A stretch of 64,000 nt of DNA, taken from positions 192,001 to 256,000 of the forward strand of contig CBEVQO010000002.1 of assembly GCA_965552055.1 (NCBI GenBank), read 5' to 3'. The notes under the pieces were generated by a model. That model was not told where the DNA came from. It ran no database searches and saw only the letters and a program-made list of their open reading frames with translations. The first letter of the stretch is position 1. Each line of letters starts with the position of its first letter. The DNA is from an uncultured bacterium (GTDB lineage: Bacteria; Hydrothermota; UBA3073; NMUJ01; CBEVQO01). Position numbers and translations under genes: made by a program. Of this stretch, positions 37,073-48,674 are shown one piece after another.

Positions 37073-39004
37073 GTGAAATACTCGAGTGATAAAATTAAAA
37101 CCGTAGGATTTTTTGGTCAACATGGGAGCGGTAAGACGCAGTTAGCTGAAGCTCTGCTTTATAAAGCAGGGGTAACGGATAGATTGGGCAGACCAGACCA
37201 GGGCACATCCATCCTCGACTTCGCTAAAGAAGAACAGGACAGAAAAGCTACACTGAACCTGAAAGTCGGTTATCTCGAACATGATGGTGTCCTCCTGAAC
37301 CTGATAGATACCCCTGGATTCATGGACTTCTGGGGCGATATAGCATCTGCAACTCGTGCAATAGAACTCGGAGTTATTGTTGTAGACGCTACAGCTGGTG
37401 TGGGTCCTGTAACAGAAAGAGCATACGAAGCACTTATAGAAAGAAAAATTCCAATTTTATTTTTCATAAACAAAATTAAATCAGAAAAAGCAAATTTACA
37501 AAATGTATTTGATGAACTTAAAAATACTTTCGACAAAGAAATTATTTATTTAACTTCGCCGGATGATGCAAAATGGATACTTGACTCTGATTCAGAATTT
37601 AAAGAAAAATTAATAGAAGCAATCGCTGAAACAGAAGACGAACTGACAGAAAAATATCTGGAAGGTGAAGAATTTACTACCGAAGAAATACAAAAAGGTT
37701 TACAAAATTTATTAAGACAGGGAAAAGTACTTCCTTTAATGTTTGGTGATGCACTCTCTGACTTCGGGATAGACGAATTTTTAAAAAGATTAATTGAATT
37801 AACTCCAAATGTTCAGAGCGATAGCGATAAAGTGGTAGCATTTTGCTTCAAATCAACGGCAGACCCCCATGTCGGACAGATAAGATTTGTAAAAGTATTA
37901 TCAGGGACTGTAAAACAGGGAGATACACTCTGGAATGCAAATGAGCAAGCAGATGAAAAAATAAACCAGATTTTTATGGTGTGCGGTAAAAATCGCCAAG
38001 AAGTACCAGAAATTGTAGCAGGACAAATCGGTGCACTCGTAAAATTAAAGGTAACAAAAACAAATCACACGATATGCTCAAAAGATGGTATAGAACCACT
38101 TGAACCCATAAAATTCCCAGAGCCCCAGGAGAAAACAGCAATTATACCGAAGACAAGAAAAGACGAAGAAAAAGTAATGGAAGGATTAACAAGATTACAG
38201 GAAGAAGACCCATCTTTCAAATTCTACTTCGATACAGAATCCCAGCAAACTATAATTGTTACAATGGGAGATATGCATCTCGATGTGATATTGTCTAAGT
38301 TGAAAGCAAGATTTGGAGTTGATATTACCACACAGCGTCCAAAAATTCACTACAGAGAAACATTTAAGCGCACTACTTCTGCTGAAGGCAAATATAAGCG
38401 TCAAACAGGTGGCAGGGGTCAATACGGACATACGATTATAAGATTTGAGCCATTACCAAGAGGAAGCGGATTTGAATTCACAGATACCATTAAAGGTGGA
38501 ATAATACCTGCACGCTTTATACCAGCTGTTGAAAAAGGCTTAAGGGAAGCTATGAAAAAGGGACCACTCGCAGGTTACCCCACAACCGATATAAAAGCAA
38601 CGCTTTATGATGGTTCATTCCACGAAGTTGACTCATCGGATATTGCATTCCAGATTGCAGCTGCTATGGCTTTCAGGAAGGCAGCAGAAACAGCAGACCC
38701 AACTTTGCTCGAACCCATCATGGAAGTTGAAGTAGTGGTACCAGAAGAAGTTATGGGCGATGTAATGGGCGACCTTAACAGTAGAAGGGGTAAAATTTTG
38801 AATACCGAAAGAATCGGAAGATATTGTAAGATAAAAGCACATGTGCCGGAAGCAGAGTTATACAAATATTCTGCGACATTAAATTCATTAACAGGAGGCA
38901 GGGGCACATATACTGCGAAATTCTCACACTACGATGAAGTACCCAAAGAAATCCAGAAAAAAATAATAGAAGAAAGACAAAGAGAAAAAGAAGAAAGTAA
39001 ATAG
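37073..39004 (+). CDS. fusA2: Elongation factor G paralog (EF-G2-like)
   Basis: GQHGSGKT, DTPGFMDF, EEDPS, KRQTGGRGQYGH, GSFHEVDSS, LLEPIM, DLNSRRG; 643 aa. Confidence 0.88.
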   Translation: MKYSSDKIKTVGFFGQHGSGKTQLAEALLYKAGVTDRLGRPDQGTSILDFAKEEQDRKATLNLKVGYLEHDGVLLNLIDTPGFMDFWGDIASATRAIELGVIVVDATAGVGPVTERAYEALIERKIPILFFINKIKSEKANLQNVFDELKNTFDKEIIYLTSPDDAKWILDSDSEFKEKLIEAIAETEDELTEKYLEGEEFTTEEIQKGLQNLLRQGKVLPLMFGDALSDFGIDEFLKRLIELTPNVQSDSDKVVAFCFKSTADPHVGQIRFVKVLSGTVKQGDTLWNANEQADEKINQIFMVCGKNRQEVPEIVAGQIGALVKLKVTKTNHTICSKDGIEPLEPIKFPEPQEKTAIIPKTRKDEEKVMEGLTRLQEEDPSFKFYFDTESQQTIIVTMGDMHLDVILSKLKARFGVDITTQRPKIHYRETFKRTTSAEGKYKRQTGGRGQYGHTIIRFEPLPRGSGFEFTDTIKGGIIPARFIPAVEKGLREAMKKGPLAGYPTTDIKATLYDGSFHEVDSSDIAFQIAAAMAFRKAAETADPTLLEPIMEVEVVVPEEVMGDVMGDLNSRRGKILNTERIGRYCKIKAHVPEAELYKYSATLNSLTGGRGTYTAKFSHYDEVPKEIQKKIIEERQREKEESK

Positions 39005-39012
39005 GGGGTAAA

Positions 39013-39696
39013 ATGAAGCGTTATCTTTTTATACCTTTGTTATTTGTAGCCAGGATCTACGCAATACAGGCTGATGTTAGCGTCTATTTCTCGCCCAAAG
39101 GCGGATGTGAACAGGCTATTATGCAGGCAATTAACGATGCAAAAAAGAACATACTCATAGCAATGTATCAGTTCTCGGATTACGATATTATAACAGCTGT
39201 TAAAGAAGCAAAGAAAAGAGGCGTTAATATTGAAATAATAGTTGATGGCGATGCTGTGCAAAATTTCAGAGAATTAATGGAAGAGTTAATATCAGCAGGT
39301 ATTCCCGTAAAATTCACATTCGGCAAAGGCATAATGCATAACAAATTCGCAGTAATTGACACTCAAATTGTAATAACAGGCTCTTATAACTGGACGAAAA
39401 ATGCAAGGGAAGATAATTTTGAAAACTTACTGGTTATAAAATCGCCGGAAATTGCTTTAATTTATGCAAAAGAATTTGCAAAGATAAAGCAAACAGCCGC
39501 TGATTTGCCAGCAGGAGCGGTTAGAGGGGGTGCAGAACCCGAATATAAATATGTGGCGAGCAAATATTCTAAAGTTTTTCATTATATATGGTGTCCTTTA
39601 GCACGCAAGATTGCTGAGAAAAACAGAATATACTTTAAAACAAGGGAAGAAGCGATAAAGAGCGGAAGAAGACCCTGCAGGAAGTGCAGACCCTGA
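39013..39696 (+). CDS. Secreted PLD-family (Nuc-like) nuclease with C-terminal Ada-type Zn-binding domain
   Basis: YFSP, MHNKFAVID, TGSYNWT, ENLLVI; FH..WC...EEA...G.RPCRKCRP. Confidence 0.85.
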   Translation: MKRYLFIPLLFVARIYAIQADVSVYFSPKGGCEQAIMQAINDAKKNILIAMYQFSDYDIITAVKEAKKRGVNIEIIVDGDAVQNFRELMEELISAGIPVKFTFGKGIMHNKFAVIDTQIVITGSYNWTKNAREDNFENLLVIKSPEIALIYAKEFAKIKQTAADLPAGAVRGGAEPEYKYVASKYSKVFHYIWCPLARKIAEKNRIYFKTREEAIKSGRRPCRKCRP

Positions 39697-40436
39697 TGGA
39701 AATATACTTTTTGGGAACAGGTACAATCACACCCAATCCCCGCAGAGCACCCCCGGGAATCATACTGAAACTTGACAATTACTGCTTGCTTTTTGACTCA
39801 GGACCAGGAACCGTCCATAGAATGAAAAAAGCGGGTTTCTCGTTCAACGACATCGATATTTTACTTTACACACATTTCCATATAGACCACATAGGTGACC
39901 TTCCTTCTTTTATCTTCTGCACAAAATATCACCTCGCACCCAGGGAAAAACCTTTAAAAATAATAGGTCCAAAAGGTATAAAAGAATTTTATTTCAAACT
40001 TTTAGAGGCTTATGGTGAGCAACTCGAAGTAAAGTATAAACTAACATTCAAAGAAATGGCAAGGGGACGCTTCATAACTCCTGATTTTTCTATTTTCTCG
40101 GAACCCGTTGAACATACGAGAGAAAGCATAGCATATAAAGTCATAAAAGATAACAAAACTTTTGTATATTCAGGAGATACGGATTATTGCAAAGGTCTCA
40201 TTCGCCTTGCAAAAAATGCAGATATCCTGATACTTGAATGCTCTTTGCCACGCAAAATGAAAGGACATCTTGATCCGGAACATTGCGGTAAAATCGCAGC
40301 AGAAACAAATTGTAAAAAGTTAGTTTTGACTCATTTTTATCCAGAGACAAACCCCGATGAAGCCATTGAAATTTGCAGAAAATATTACTCGGGAGAAATT
40401 ATAGCAGCAGAAGATGGAATATGTATTACAGTCTGA
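39696..40436 (+). CDS. MBL-fold hydrolase, RNase Z-like
   Basis: FLGTG, THFHIDH, YSGDT, LVLTHFYP. Confidence 0.85.
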   Translation: MEIYFLGTGTITPNPRRAPPGIILKLDNYCLLFDSGPGTVHRMKKAGFSFNDIDILLYTHFHIDHIGDLPSFIFCTKYHLAPREKPLKIIGPKGIKEFYFKLLEAYGEQLEVKYKLTFKEMARGRFITPDFSIFSEPVEHTRESIAYKVIKDNKTFVYSGDTDYCKGLIRLAKNADILILECSLPRKMKGHLDPEHCGKIAAETNCKKLVLTHFYPETNPDEAIEICRKYYSGEIIAAEDGICITV

Positions 40437-41241
40437 AACAATAAAATGGCTAAAATTACATCTGACAGAAGGAATTGGATTAAACACTTTTTTAAAATTG
40501 CTTTCACAATTTCACGATATAGATAACATATTGAAAAATTTAAAAAATCTTCCAAAAGATGAAGAGATAGAAAAATTAACTTTTGAATTAGCGAGAAACC
40601 AAGTTAAAATTTTAAAACTTACAGATGTGGATTATCCTGAAAAATTAAAAGAATTGTTAAAACCACCGCCCATTCTATATCTTAAAGGTAATTTTGAAAT
40701 TCTAAAAAGTGACAGAATGATAAGCATCATTGGTGCAAGATTGTGTTCTTCTTTTGCTTTTGATATAGCTTTTGATATTGCACATAAATTGTCAAAAATG
40801 GGCTATTGCATAGTAAGCGGATATGCACAGGGTATAGACACCGCTGCTCATTGTGGTGCACTCTCTGCAAACGGCAAAACGATAATGGTTATTCCTTTCG
40901 GCATATTAAATTTCAGATTGCATCCTGAAATCAAAAAATATAATGAAAAAATAAAAGAAAATACTCTCATAATATCGGAGTGCAGACCTTATGAAACATG
41001 GCATCGGGGCTTTGCATTACGCCGCAACAGAATAACAGCAGCTTTGGGCAACGCATTAATAATTGTGGATTCAGGACACAAAGGAGGAGTGATAAAAACA
41101 GCAGAATTCGCCAGAGCATTAAATAAAAAAATCTTCTTATTTGAAGGTTGTAAAAGAGAAAATGACAAAATATTAAAGCAAATGGGGGCAAAACTTTTCA
41201 AAAATATCTCCGAAATTCTATGCGAGTTCGCCGTTCATTAA
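40414..41241 (+). CDS. dprA: DNA-processing protein DprA
   Basis: YPEKL...PPPILYLKG, IIGAR, IVSGYAQGIDTAAH, RRNRITAAL. Confidence 0.88.
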   Translation: MEYVLQSETIKWLKLHLTEGIGLNTFLKLLSQFHDIDNILKNLKNLPKDEEIEKLTFELARNQVKILKLTDVDYPEKLKELLKPPPILYLKGNFEILKSDRMISIIGARLCSSFAFDIAFDIAHKLSKMGYCIVSGYAQGIDTAAHCGALSANGKTIMVIPFGILNFRLHPEIKKYNEKIKENTLIISECRPYETWHRGFALRRNRITAALGNALIIVDSGHKGGVIKTAEFARALNKKIFLFEGCKRENDKILKQMGAKLFKNISEILCEFAVH

Positions 41242-42473
41242 TTTCAATCTTATTCTTATGCTTTTGCATTCGTTTTTTACTTTTGATAAAAAGTCCGACT
41301 CATGATGCCACTGCACCGCACGAATTATACGAGGAAATTGAATTATTAAGAGATCCTCTAAAAACCATCTCTGACTCGCAAGAATATAAAGCACTCGCAA
41401 AAAACTTACTAAAAGGCAAATACACATGGAAAGAAAAACCTGTCTCATTTAGACCACCGGGTTATCCTTTGTTTTTATCTTTTTGCTTGTTAGTAACCCG
41501 TAATGAATTTTTCCCTTTATTCATCCAAATAATTTTAAGTGTTATCAGTGCTTTTTTAATTTTCATTTTAGGTAAAGAAGTAAACGAAAAAGCAGGTCTT
41601 TTTGCTTCTCTCTTATTTTCAATTGACATGGTTTCTATTTATTATTCTACAAATTTTATGTCAGAAACTTTATTTTTATTCTTGCTTTTGCTTTCTGTAA
41701 TTTATTTTAAAAGAAACAATTTGTATCTTTCTGGCTTATTACTTGGCTTTTGTGCTCTTACCCGTGCTATTGCTCTTTATTCTTTTATCGTATTTTTACC
41801 GTTTATTAAAAACTGGAAAAAGGTTTTAAAATTTTTGTCCTTTTTCTTTATTCCAATACTTCCATGGCTTATCAGGAATTATCTCACATTTGGAGTGCCC
41901 TGTTTTACAAGTGTTCAGGGATACAATTTGCTGTATCACAATGCTGTTATCACTGAAAATTCATCCCGTAATCGCTCAGAAATTGTGCTAAAATTTAAGG
42001 AAGAATTACTAAAAGAAGACACCACTTCTAATCCTTTAAAATTATCTTTAACTGCCCAGAAAATTGCTTTGAAAAAAATTTTAAGAAAGCCCTTCAGATA
42101 TATTTCTTTGGGCTTATTTCAGGGTTTATTAAATGTGTTTCGGACTCACGGAGAAGAAGTTGCTTTAAGACTCTGCGGTTATGAAACTTACAGTTTGCCA
42201 CTTTTGGAAATTAAAAAATTGAACTTAAAACGCACTACAAAAATTTTTGCTTATTCTTTTGTTTGCATCGAAACTTTAATAAATTTGTTTGCTCTCATTT
42301 GTTTCATTTTGGGCATCATAAAACTTGGAAGAAAAGTTAATTTTTTATACCTTGGGATTGTACTTTATTTCTTTTTATTATCTTTACCTGTTACCAGTGG
42401 GAGATTTAAACTTCCTTTTATGCCTTTTATTTACTTAATCGCCGGGAGTTATCTTTTTGGTCGTGATAATTAA
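41220..42473 (+). CDS. GT-C glycosyltransferase (ArnT/family 39-like) membrane protein
   Basis: [31 protein letters not shown]; start uncertain. Confidence 0.78.
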   Translation: MRVRRSLISILFLCFCIRFLLLIKSPTHDATAPHELYEEIELLRDPLKTISDSQEYKALAKNLLKGKYTWKEKPVSFRPPGYPLFLSFCLLVTRNEFFPLFIQIILSVISAFLIFILGKEVNEKAGLFASLLFSIDMVSIYYSTNFMSETLFLFLLLLSVIYFKRNNLYLSGLLLGFCALTRAIALYSFIVFLPFIKNWKKVLKFLSFFFIPILPWLIRNYLTFGVPCFTSVQGYNLLYHNAVITENSSRNRSEIVLKFKEELLKEDTTSNPLKLSLTAQKIALKKILRKPFRYISLGLFQGLLNVFRTHGEEVALRLCGYETYSLPLLEIKKLNLKRTTKIFAYSFVCIETLINLFALICFILGIIKLGRKVNFLYLGIVLYFFLLSLPVTSGRFKLPFMPFIYLIAGSYLFGRDN

Positions 42474-42844
42474 CCTTTTTTAGAAACGCCTATTCTTTTT
42501 CCTCTTGGTCCTTTTCTTGTGCGTGCATTCGTGCGAGTACGCTGACCCCTCACAGGAAGCCCTTTCTCATGCCTTATTCCTCTATAGCATTTTATCCTTA
42601 TCAGACGCTTTATATTTTCAGCAACTTCCATTCGCAGAGCACCTTCCACTTTGTATTCGTTCTCAACTATTCTTTTTATCGCATCAATTTCATGGTCAGT
42701 AAGCTCGTGAGTTCGCTTCTCAGGGTCAACCCCTGCTTTCTTCAATATCTTCATCGCGGTTGTATTTCCTATTCCGTAAATGTAAGTTAATGCTACTTTT
42801 ATTTTTTTATTATCGGGTATATTTACACCTGCTATTCTTGCCAT
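42470..42844 (-). CDS. rpsM: 30S ribosomal protein uS13
   Basis: [30 protein letters not shown]. Confidence 0.98.
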   Translation of the reverse strand: MARIAGVNIPDNKKIKVALTYIYGIGNTTAMKILKKAGVDPEKRTHELTDHEIDAIKRIVENEYKVEGALRMEVAENIKRLIRIKCYRGIRHEKGLPVRGQRTRTNARTRKGPRGKRIGVSKKG

Positions 42845-42957
42845 TACCCCTGCCTTTGTTTATGTTTCGGATTCTTACAAATTACATACAATTTACCCCG
42901 TCTCTTCACTATCTTACAACTTGCGCATAATTTTTTTATAGAAGACCTTACCTTCAT
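42844..42957 (-). CDS. rpmJ: 50S ribosomal protein bL36 (absent from ORF track)
   Basis: Hand translation [37 protein letters not shown]. Confidence 0.97.
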   Translation of the reverse strand: MKVRSSIKKLCASCKIVKRRGKLYVICKNPKHKQRQG

Positions 42958-43175
42958 AGCCTCCTCACCAACCTACCTCTTGTCAAATCATAAGGCGATA
43001 ATTCAACAACAACTCTATCACCCGGCAAAATTCTTATAAATTTCATACGAAGCTTACCAGCTACATAAGCGAGCACTGTTTGACCTGTATCCAGCTTAAC
43101 TCTGAACATCGGTCCTTTCAGCACTTCCACAACTTCTCCTTCTACAGTTATTGCCTTTTTCTTTTTATCACTCAT
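42954..43175 (-). CDS. infA: Translation initiation factor IF-1
   Basis: [22 protein letters not shown]. Confidence 0.97.
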   Translation of the reverse strand: MSDKKKKAITVEGEVVEVLKGPMFRVKLDTGQTVLAYVAGKLRMKFIRILPGDRVVVELSPYDLTRGRLVRRL

Positions 43176-43785
43176 TTAGCACTCCCAGTATACTTTTTGT
43201 GATTTCAGAAACTTCACCTGATGCATCAATTTCATAAAGTATTCCTTTTTCTCGATAGTAAGATAATAATGGCTTTGTCTCTTCATTATAAACTCTAAAT
43301 CTTTTTCTGATAACTTCTGGTTTATCATCTTCTCTCTGCACAAGTTTACTTCCGCAAACATCACACACCTCATCGTTCTTTGGCGGATTACTTATCAAAT
43401 TATACACTCTATTACATTTTACACAAATTCTGCGATTTGTCAAGCGAAAAATTACAACTTCTTCAGGACAATTTAGAAAAATAACTTTATCAACATTCAT
43501 TATTTTTTCGAGAGCTTTTGCCTGTGATAAATTTCTAGGAAAACCATCAAAAATTACCCCGCTTGAAGACAAATGTTTTTTGATTATTTCAATTATTATA
43601 TCATCTGGTACAAGTTTCCCTTCTTTCATATATTTTTCCGCCTTTTTACCCAGCTCCGTACCTTCTGCTACTTCTTTTCGTAAAATATCGCCCGTTGATA
43701 TCCATTTAAGACCAAGTTTTTTGGCAAGTATCTGAGCCTGTGTCCCCTTTCCTACGCCCGGAGGACCAAGCAACACGATATTCAT
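43168..43785 (-). CDS. adk: Adenylate kinase (Zn-LID type)
   Basis: [23 protein letters not shown], CxxC..CxxC LID. Confidence 0.97.
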   Translation of the reverse strand: MNIVLLGPPGVGKGTQAQILAKKLGLKWISTGDILRKEVAEGTELGKKAEKYMKEGKLVPDDIIIEIIKKHLSSSGVIFDGFPRNLSQAKALEKIMNVDKVIFLNCPEEVVIFRLTNRRICVKCNRVYNLISNPPKNDEVCDVCGSKLVQREDDKPEVIRKRFRVYNEETKPLLSYYREKGILYEIDASGEVSEITKSILGVLNE

Positions 43786-45098
43786 CTCCTTCCCCTTATC
43801 CTTCCTCTTCTCAAAAATCCTTCATAATGACGCATCAGAAGATGCGCCTCTAATTGTCTCATAGTATCGAGAATAACGCCAACTACAATTAGCAAAGATG
43901 TACCTCCGAAATAAAATGGCACCCCAAGTTTATTAATCAAAATGATAGGCAAAAGTGCAACAAATGCAAAAAACAGAGCCCCTGGCAGAGTTATCCTCGA
44001 TAAAACTTTATCAATGTAATCCGCAGTATATTTACCGGGTCTCACACCCGGAATGAACCCACCGTAGCGCTGTAAGTAATCGGCAAGTTCCTGGGGATTT
44101 AAGACAATAGAAGTATAAAAATAGGCAAAGATTATGATTAATCCGACATATAAAAGATTATAAAACCAATGCCCGGGTGTGAAAACCTCAGATATTCTCT
44201 GCACAGTGTAATTACCCGAGAAAAATCTCAAAGCCGTTGCAGGGAAAGTTAACACAGATTGAGCAAAAATAATGGGTATTATTCCTGCTGCATTCATATT
44301 GAGAGGAAGATGTGTAGTCCTTCCTCCGTAAATTCGCCTGCCTATTACCCTTTGTGCATATTGCACAGGTATCCTGCGCTGAGCCTGAGTAATGAGAACA
44401 ACAGCCGCTGTAACCCCGATAACTATTAGAATAAGGAAAACAATTTTAAATATTGAAAACGCACCTGCTTTTATCAACTGCCATGTTCTTAAAAAGTCAT
44501 TAGGAAAGCGAGCAACGATGCCAAACATTATTATTAAAGAAATACCATTGCCTATCCCTCTATCTGTTATCAATTCACCTATCCATACCAGTAACATAGT
44601 GCCTGCAACAAGTGTAATCACCATGAGTAGCACAAAACGGGCTCCCGGGTGCGGAACTACGGGAATGCCTTCAGGACTCCTTGCATTCTCAAAGAAAATG
44701 GCAACCCCCGTTGCCTGAATAGCAGATATTAAAATCGTACCATAACGAGTATATTGCGTGATTTTCCTTCTTCCTTCTTCTCCTTCTCTGTAAAGTTTCT
44801 GAAAATAAGGCACAACAGCACTCAACACCTGCAAAATAATTGATGCAGAAATATAAGGCATCACACCCAAACCAAAAATTGTACCCCTTGAAAATGCTCC
44901 ACCCGTAAATATGTCGTAAAAGCCAAGTAATGTTCCCCTTAATCTTTCAAAATAAGCAAGCAAAGCGCTAATATTTATCCCGGGACATACTATATGACAG
45001 CCAAGCCTGAAAATAGCAAGCATTGCAATAGTAAATAATATCCTGTTTCTCGTCTCTTCTATTCTAAAAGCATTTATTAAATTTTTAAACCAGTTCAT
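43782..45098 (-). CDS. secY: Preprotein translocase SecY
   Basis: [36 protein letters not shown]. Confidence 0.98.
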   Translation of the reverse strand: MNWFKNLINAFRIEETRNRILFTIAMLAIFRLGCHIVCPGINISALLAYFERLRGTLLGFYDIFTGGAFSRGTIFGLGVMPYISASIILQVLSAVVPYFQKLYREGEEGRRKITQYTRYGTILISAIQATGVAIFFENARSPEGIPVVPHPGARFVLLMVITLVAGTMLLVWIGELITDRGIGNGISLIIMFGIVARFPNDFLRTWQLIKAGAFSIFKIVFLILIVIGVTAAVVLITQAQRRIPVQYAQRVIGRRIYGGRTTHLPLNMNAAGIIPIIFAQSVLTFPATALRFFSGNYTVQRISEVFTPGHWFYNLLYVGLIIIFAYFYTSIVLNPQELADYLQRYGGFIPGVRPGKYTADYIDKVLSRITLPGALFFAFVALLPIILINKLGVPFYFGGTSLLIVVGVILDTMRQLEAHLLMRHYEGFLRRGRIRGRR

Positions 45099-45550
45099 AA
45101 TGGTATTATTTCTACTTTACCTCCTGCTTTTTCGATTTTCTCTTTTGCTGTTTTGCTAAAAGCATGTGCCTTTACGGTTAAAGGTCTATCTATTTCTCCA
45201 TCTCCCAGTATTTTTACAGGCAAATTCCTCCTCGCCAAATTGTATTTCTTTAAAACCTCAGGTGTGACTTCACTATTTGGTTCAAATCTATTTAAATCCT
45301 TAACATTTACAACCTGATACTCAATATGGCTGATATTTTTAAATCCTCTTTTAGGTATTCTTCTATAAAGCGGTGTTTGTCCTCCTTCAAACCATGGTGG
45401 TTTCCCGCCTCCTGAGCGCGCTTTTAGCCCCTTTGTGCCCCTGCCACAAGTACCACCCTTGCCTGAACCCACTCCCCTACCCAATCTTTTTCCTTTTTTC
45501 TTGCCTCTCGGTCTCTTTAAATTACTCAAAATATTAAGATTCTCCACCAT
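45095..45550 (-). CDS. rplO: 50S ribosomal protein uL15
   Basis: [26 protein letters not shown]. Confidence 0.97.
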   Translation of the reverse strand: MVENLNILSNLKRPRGKKKGKRLGRGVGSGKGGTCGRGTKGLKARSGGGKPPWFEGGQTPLYRRIPKRGFKNISHIEYQVVNVKDLNRFEPNSEVTPEVLKKYNLARRNLPVKILGDGEIDRPLTVKAHAFSKTAKEKIEKAGGKVEIIPL

Positions 45551-45734
45551 CTTCTATCTCCTCAACTTTTATCAAATGTTTCACCTTCTCTATCATACCT
45601 CTTATTTGTGGTGTGTCATTGTGAATAACGGTTTGATGTAGTTTCCTCAGTCCAAGTGCTCTTACCGTATCTTTCTGTCTCCTTGGATAATCAATTGGAC
45701 TTCTAATTAATGTTATTTTCAATTTTTTAGCCAA
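45534..45734 (-). CDS. rpmD: 50S ribosomal protein uL30
   Basis: [24 protein letters not shown]. Confidence 0.96.
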   Translation of the reverse strand: MAKKLKITLIRSPIDYPRRQKDTVRALGLRKLHQTVIHNDTPQIRGMIEKVKHLIKVEEIEDGGES

Positions 45735-46221
45735 GAGATACTCCCCTTAACCTTTCCACTTCTTCTTTTGTTCTCAACATCTTCAATGCCTTTATCACTG
45801 CGTATGCTGTATTTATCACATTTCTTGAGCCATACACCTTCGTAAGAATATCCCTTATTCCACCGAGTTCCAGTATATTTCTCACGGGGTCACACGCTAT
45901 TATTCCTGTTCCAGGAGACGCAGGTTTCAGCATGACTTTAACTGCACCAAATTTCGCCCATACTTCATGGGGAATGGTTGTTCCATGTTTTTTAACAAAT
46001 ATCATATCTTTATATGCCTGCTTCGCTGCTTTTTGAATTGCATCAGGAGGCTCCGCTGCCTTACCCAGACCTACACCCACCCAGTTTTGTCCATCACCAA
46101 CAGCACAAAGCGCAGATATCCTCATCCTCCTGCCACCCGTTACCGTCTTCGACACCCTTCTAAGTGCTAACTGTCTAACTTCTACTTCCTCAAATGATGG
46201 TTTTATAAGTTTTTCTTCCAT
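45727..46221 (-). CDS. rpsE: 30S ribosomal protein uS5
   Basis: [25 protein letters not shown]; start likely ATG 46221. Confidence 0.96.
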   Translation of the reverse strand: MEEKLIKPSFEEVEVRQLALRRVSKTVTGGRRMRISALCAVGDGQNWVGVGLGKAAEPPDAIQKAAKQAYKDMIFVKKHGTTIPHEVWAKFGAVKVMLKPASPGTGIIACDPVRNILELGGIRDILTKVYGSRNVINTAYAVIKALKMLRTKEEVERLRGVSLG

Positions 46222-46222
46222 T

Positions 46223-46549
46223 TTAAAACTCCAGACCTGCTTTTCTTGCACCCTCTGCAAGTGCTTTCACCCTGCCATGATAACGGTAGCCATCCCTGTC
46301 AAACACCACTTTTTTGATACCAAGAGCAAGAGCCTTTTGCCCCAGTTCAAAACCACATCTGAAACTTCTCTCTGTCTTTGTGCCTCCTTTCATTCCAAGT
46401 GTAGAATGAGCACATAAAGTATGACCCTTTGTATCATCAATAATTTGAGCATAAATATGTTTGCAACTCCTGAACACACACAATCTTGGTCTCTCTGGTG
46501 TGCCAAAAACCCTTTTCCTCGGATGTCTCCTGCCTTTCCTGCGCTTCAT
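46223..46549 (-). CDS. rplR: 50S ribosomal protein uL18
   Basis: [23 protein letters not shown]. Confidence 0.96.
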   Translation of the reverse strand: MKRRKGRRHPRKRVFGTPERPRLCVFRSCKHIYAQIIDDTKGHTLCAHSTLGMKGGTKTERSFRCGFELGQKALALGIKKVVFDRDGYRYHGRVKALAEGARKAGLEF

Positions 46550-47085
46550 ACCGCCCTCTTACCCATCTTACGACGCACAACCTCACCTTTATACCTTATT
46601 CCTTTCCCTTTGTAAGGCTCGGGTGGTCGAACATCCCTTATCCTCGCTGCAACATTACCTACAAGCTCCTTATCTATCCCTTTCACGATTATCTCCTGGG
46701 GTCCTGGTACTTCTATTTCTATCCCCTCAGGAGGTTCAATTTCCACAGGATGTGAATATCCAACATTTAGTATAAGTTTCCTGCCCGACTTCTGTGCCCT
46801 ATATCCGATACCTACAATCACCAGATCTTTTTGGAAACCTTTTGTCACCCCTTCTATCATATTGCGCACAAGTGAGCGAACAGTACCCTGTAAAGCCTCG
46901 TAAAATTTACCAGAACCATTTTTCTTCACCCATACTTTACCATTTTCAACAACTACCGAAACCTTTGGATTAAATACTTTCGTCAACTGCCCGAGAGGTC
47001 CCTTTACCGTTACTTTATTACCGTTTTCTACTTTTACTTCGACTCCCTGTGGTATTTCTACAGGCTTTTCTCTTTGCCTAGCCAT
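46546..47085 (-). CDS. rplF: 50S ribosomal protein uL6
   Basis: [18 protein letters not shown]. Confidence 0.97.
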   Translation of the reverse strand: MARQREKPVEIPQGVEVKVENGNKVTVKGPLGQLTKVFNPKVSVVVENGKVWVKKNGSGKFYEALQGTVRSLVRNMIEGVTKGFQKDLVIVGIGYRAQKSGRKLILNVGYSHPVEIEPPEGIEIEVPGPQEIIVKGIDKELVGNVAARIRDVRPPEPYKGKGIRYKGEVVRRKMGKRAV

Positions 47086-47087
47086 GG

Positions 47088-47471
47088 CTACCAGACATAC
47101 GCTATTAATTCACCTCCTACATTTAATTGCCTTGCTTCCCTATCCGATAATACTCCCTTTGATGTTGATAAAATTGCTATCCCCAAACCATTTAAAACCC
47201 TTGGAATTTTTTTCGCCTTAACATAAACTCTCCTTCCGGGTTTTGAAATCCTTTTCACATCTCTTATTGGATTTTCTTCCTTAAAATAAATGGTTATTAT
47301 CCCCTGTTTGCCATCTTCCTCAAAAGTAAAATCTTTTATAAATCCTTCTCTTTTTAACACAGCAGCGATTCCATATTTTAATTTCGATGCAGGTATTTTA
47401 ACATGGTCATGCCCTGCTCTTACAGCATTCTTTATTCTTATAAGCATATCGCCTACAGGGTCGGTCATCAT
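47088..47471 (-). CDS. rpsH: 30S ribosomal protein uS8
   Basis: [25 protein letters not shown]. Confidence 0.97.
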   Translation of the reverse strand: MMTDPVGDMLIRIKNAVRAGHDHVKIPASKLKYGIAAVLKREGFIKDFTFEEDGKQGIITIYFKEENPIRDVKRISKPGRRVYVKAKKIPRVLNGLGIAILSTSKGVLSDREARQLNVGGELIAYVW

Positions 47472-47479
47472 ATTCCCTC

Positions 47480-47782
47480 CTACCAGGATGCCTTTTTAAC
47501 ACCTGGAAGTTTACCTTCAACTGCCAGACGCCTGAAACATATCCTGCATATACCGAATTTCTTAAAAACCCCTCTCGGTCTGCCACAAATTGAACATCTT
47601 AAATATCTCCTTGTCGTAAATATTCTTTTCACTTTTTTAACAGGCATACCCATTGCTTCTGCTATTTCTTCATCTGTTGGCTTCCTTCCAAGTTTGCGTT
47701 CAAGCTCCTGCATTACTTTTAATTTTTTCTCAACAAGTTCTGCTACTTTTTTATTTTTAACAATTAAAGCTTTCCTCGGCAT
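47480..47782 (-). CDS. rpsN: 30S ribosomal protein uS14 (Zn-binding type) with sigma-70 region 3-like insertion
   Basis: [26 protein letters not shown]; position between rplE and rpsH; 100 aa. Confidence 0.95.
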   Translation of the reverse strand: MPRKALIVKNKKVAELVEKKLKVMQELERKLGRKPTDEEIAEAMGMPVKKVKRIFTTRRYLRCSICGRPRGVFKKFGICRICFRRLAVEGKLPGVKKASW

Positions 47783-48357
47783 CACTCCCTCCTGAATGGA
47801 AAGCCCATTTCACGCAATAATTCCCTTGCTTCATCATCCGTTTTCGCAGTCGTACAAATTATAATATCCATACCCATAATATTCTTGACATCATCGGGTT
47901 TTATTTCCGGAAATATGGTTTGCTCCTCTACTCCAAAACAGTAATTTCCTCTTCCATCAAATGAATTTGGGTCCATTCCATCAAAATCCCTTATTCTTGG
48001 CAATGCAAAAGTTATCAATTTATCAAAAAAGTCATACATTCTATCACGCCTTAATGTTACCTTACATGCAATAGGCTTTCCTTTTCTCAACCCAAAAGCA
48101 GACACAGATTTCTTTGCTTTTATAATCAAAGGTTTTTGACCTGTTATTATCGTCAAATAATTAACAGCTTCGTCAAGCAATTTGGGGTCTTCTGTTGCCT
48201 TACCAACACACATATGAACCACAATTTTTTCTAACTTTGGAACTTCATAAATATTCGTATAGCCCATTTTCTCCATCAACCTTTTTCTGACAACCTCTTC
48301 ATAATATTTTTTCAATCTCGGTATGTATTTTTCTTTTTGTTCTTTATTCTGTGCCAT
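47782..48357 (-). CDS. rplE: 50S ribosomal protein uL5
   Basis: ITGQKP, KVTLR, PRIRDF, FDGRGNY, IFPEI. Confidence 0.97.
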   Translation of the reverse strand: MAQNKEQKEKYIPRLKKYYEEVVRKRLMEKMGYTNIYEVPKLEKIVVHMCVGKATEDPKLLDEAVNYLTIITGQKPLIIKAKKSVSAFGLRKGKPIACKVTLRRDRMYDFFDKLITFALPRIRDFDGMDPNSFDGRGNYCFGVEEQTIFPEIKPDDVKNIMGMDIIICTTAKTDDEARELLREMGFPFRRE

Positions 48358-48667
48358 ATTCAATAACCTCGCCACATTTCTTACATATTCTTACTTTTTT
48401 ATCTCCAACCCAGCCAATTTTCACTCTCGTTCTTTGATCACACTTAGGACACACAAGCATAACATTTGAAATATGTATCGGATTTTCCCTTTTAATCCTT
48501 CCACCGGGCTGATTCTCACCACGCGGTCGTTCATGATGAATCCGCACATTAACACCCTCAACGATAACCCTATCTTCTTTTGGAAAAACACGCAACACTT
48601 TACCCCTTTTACCCTTATCAATACCTGTTATCACTTCCACTATATCACCTCTTCTTATCTTTCTCAT
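48344..48667 (-). CDS. rplX: 50S ribosomal protein uL24
   Basis: GDIVEVITG.DKGKRG, PIHISNV. Confidence 0.97.
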   Translation of the reverse strand: MRKIRRGDIVEVITGIDKGKRGKVLRVFPKEDRVIVEGVNVRIHHERPRGENQPGGRIKRENPIHISNVMLVCPKCDQRTRVKIGWVGDKKVRICKKCGEVIEYGTE

Positions 48668-48674
48668 CTTAACC

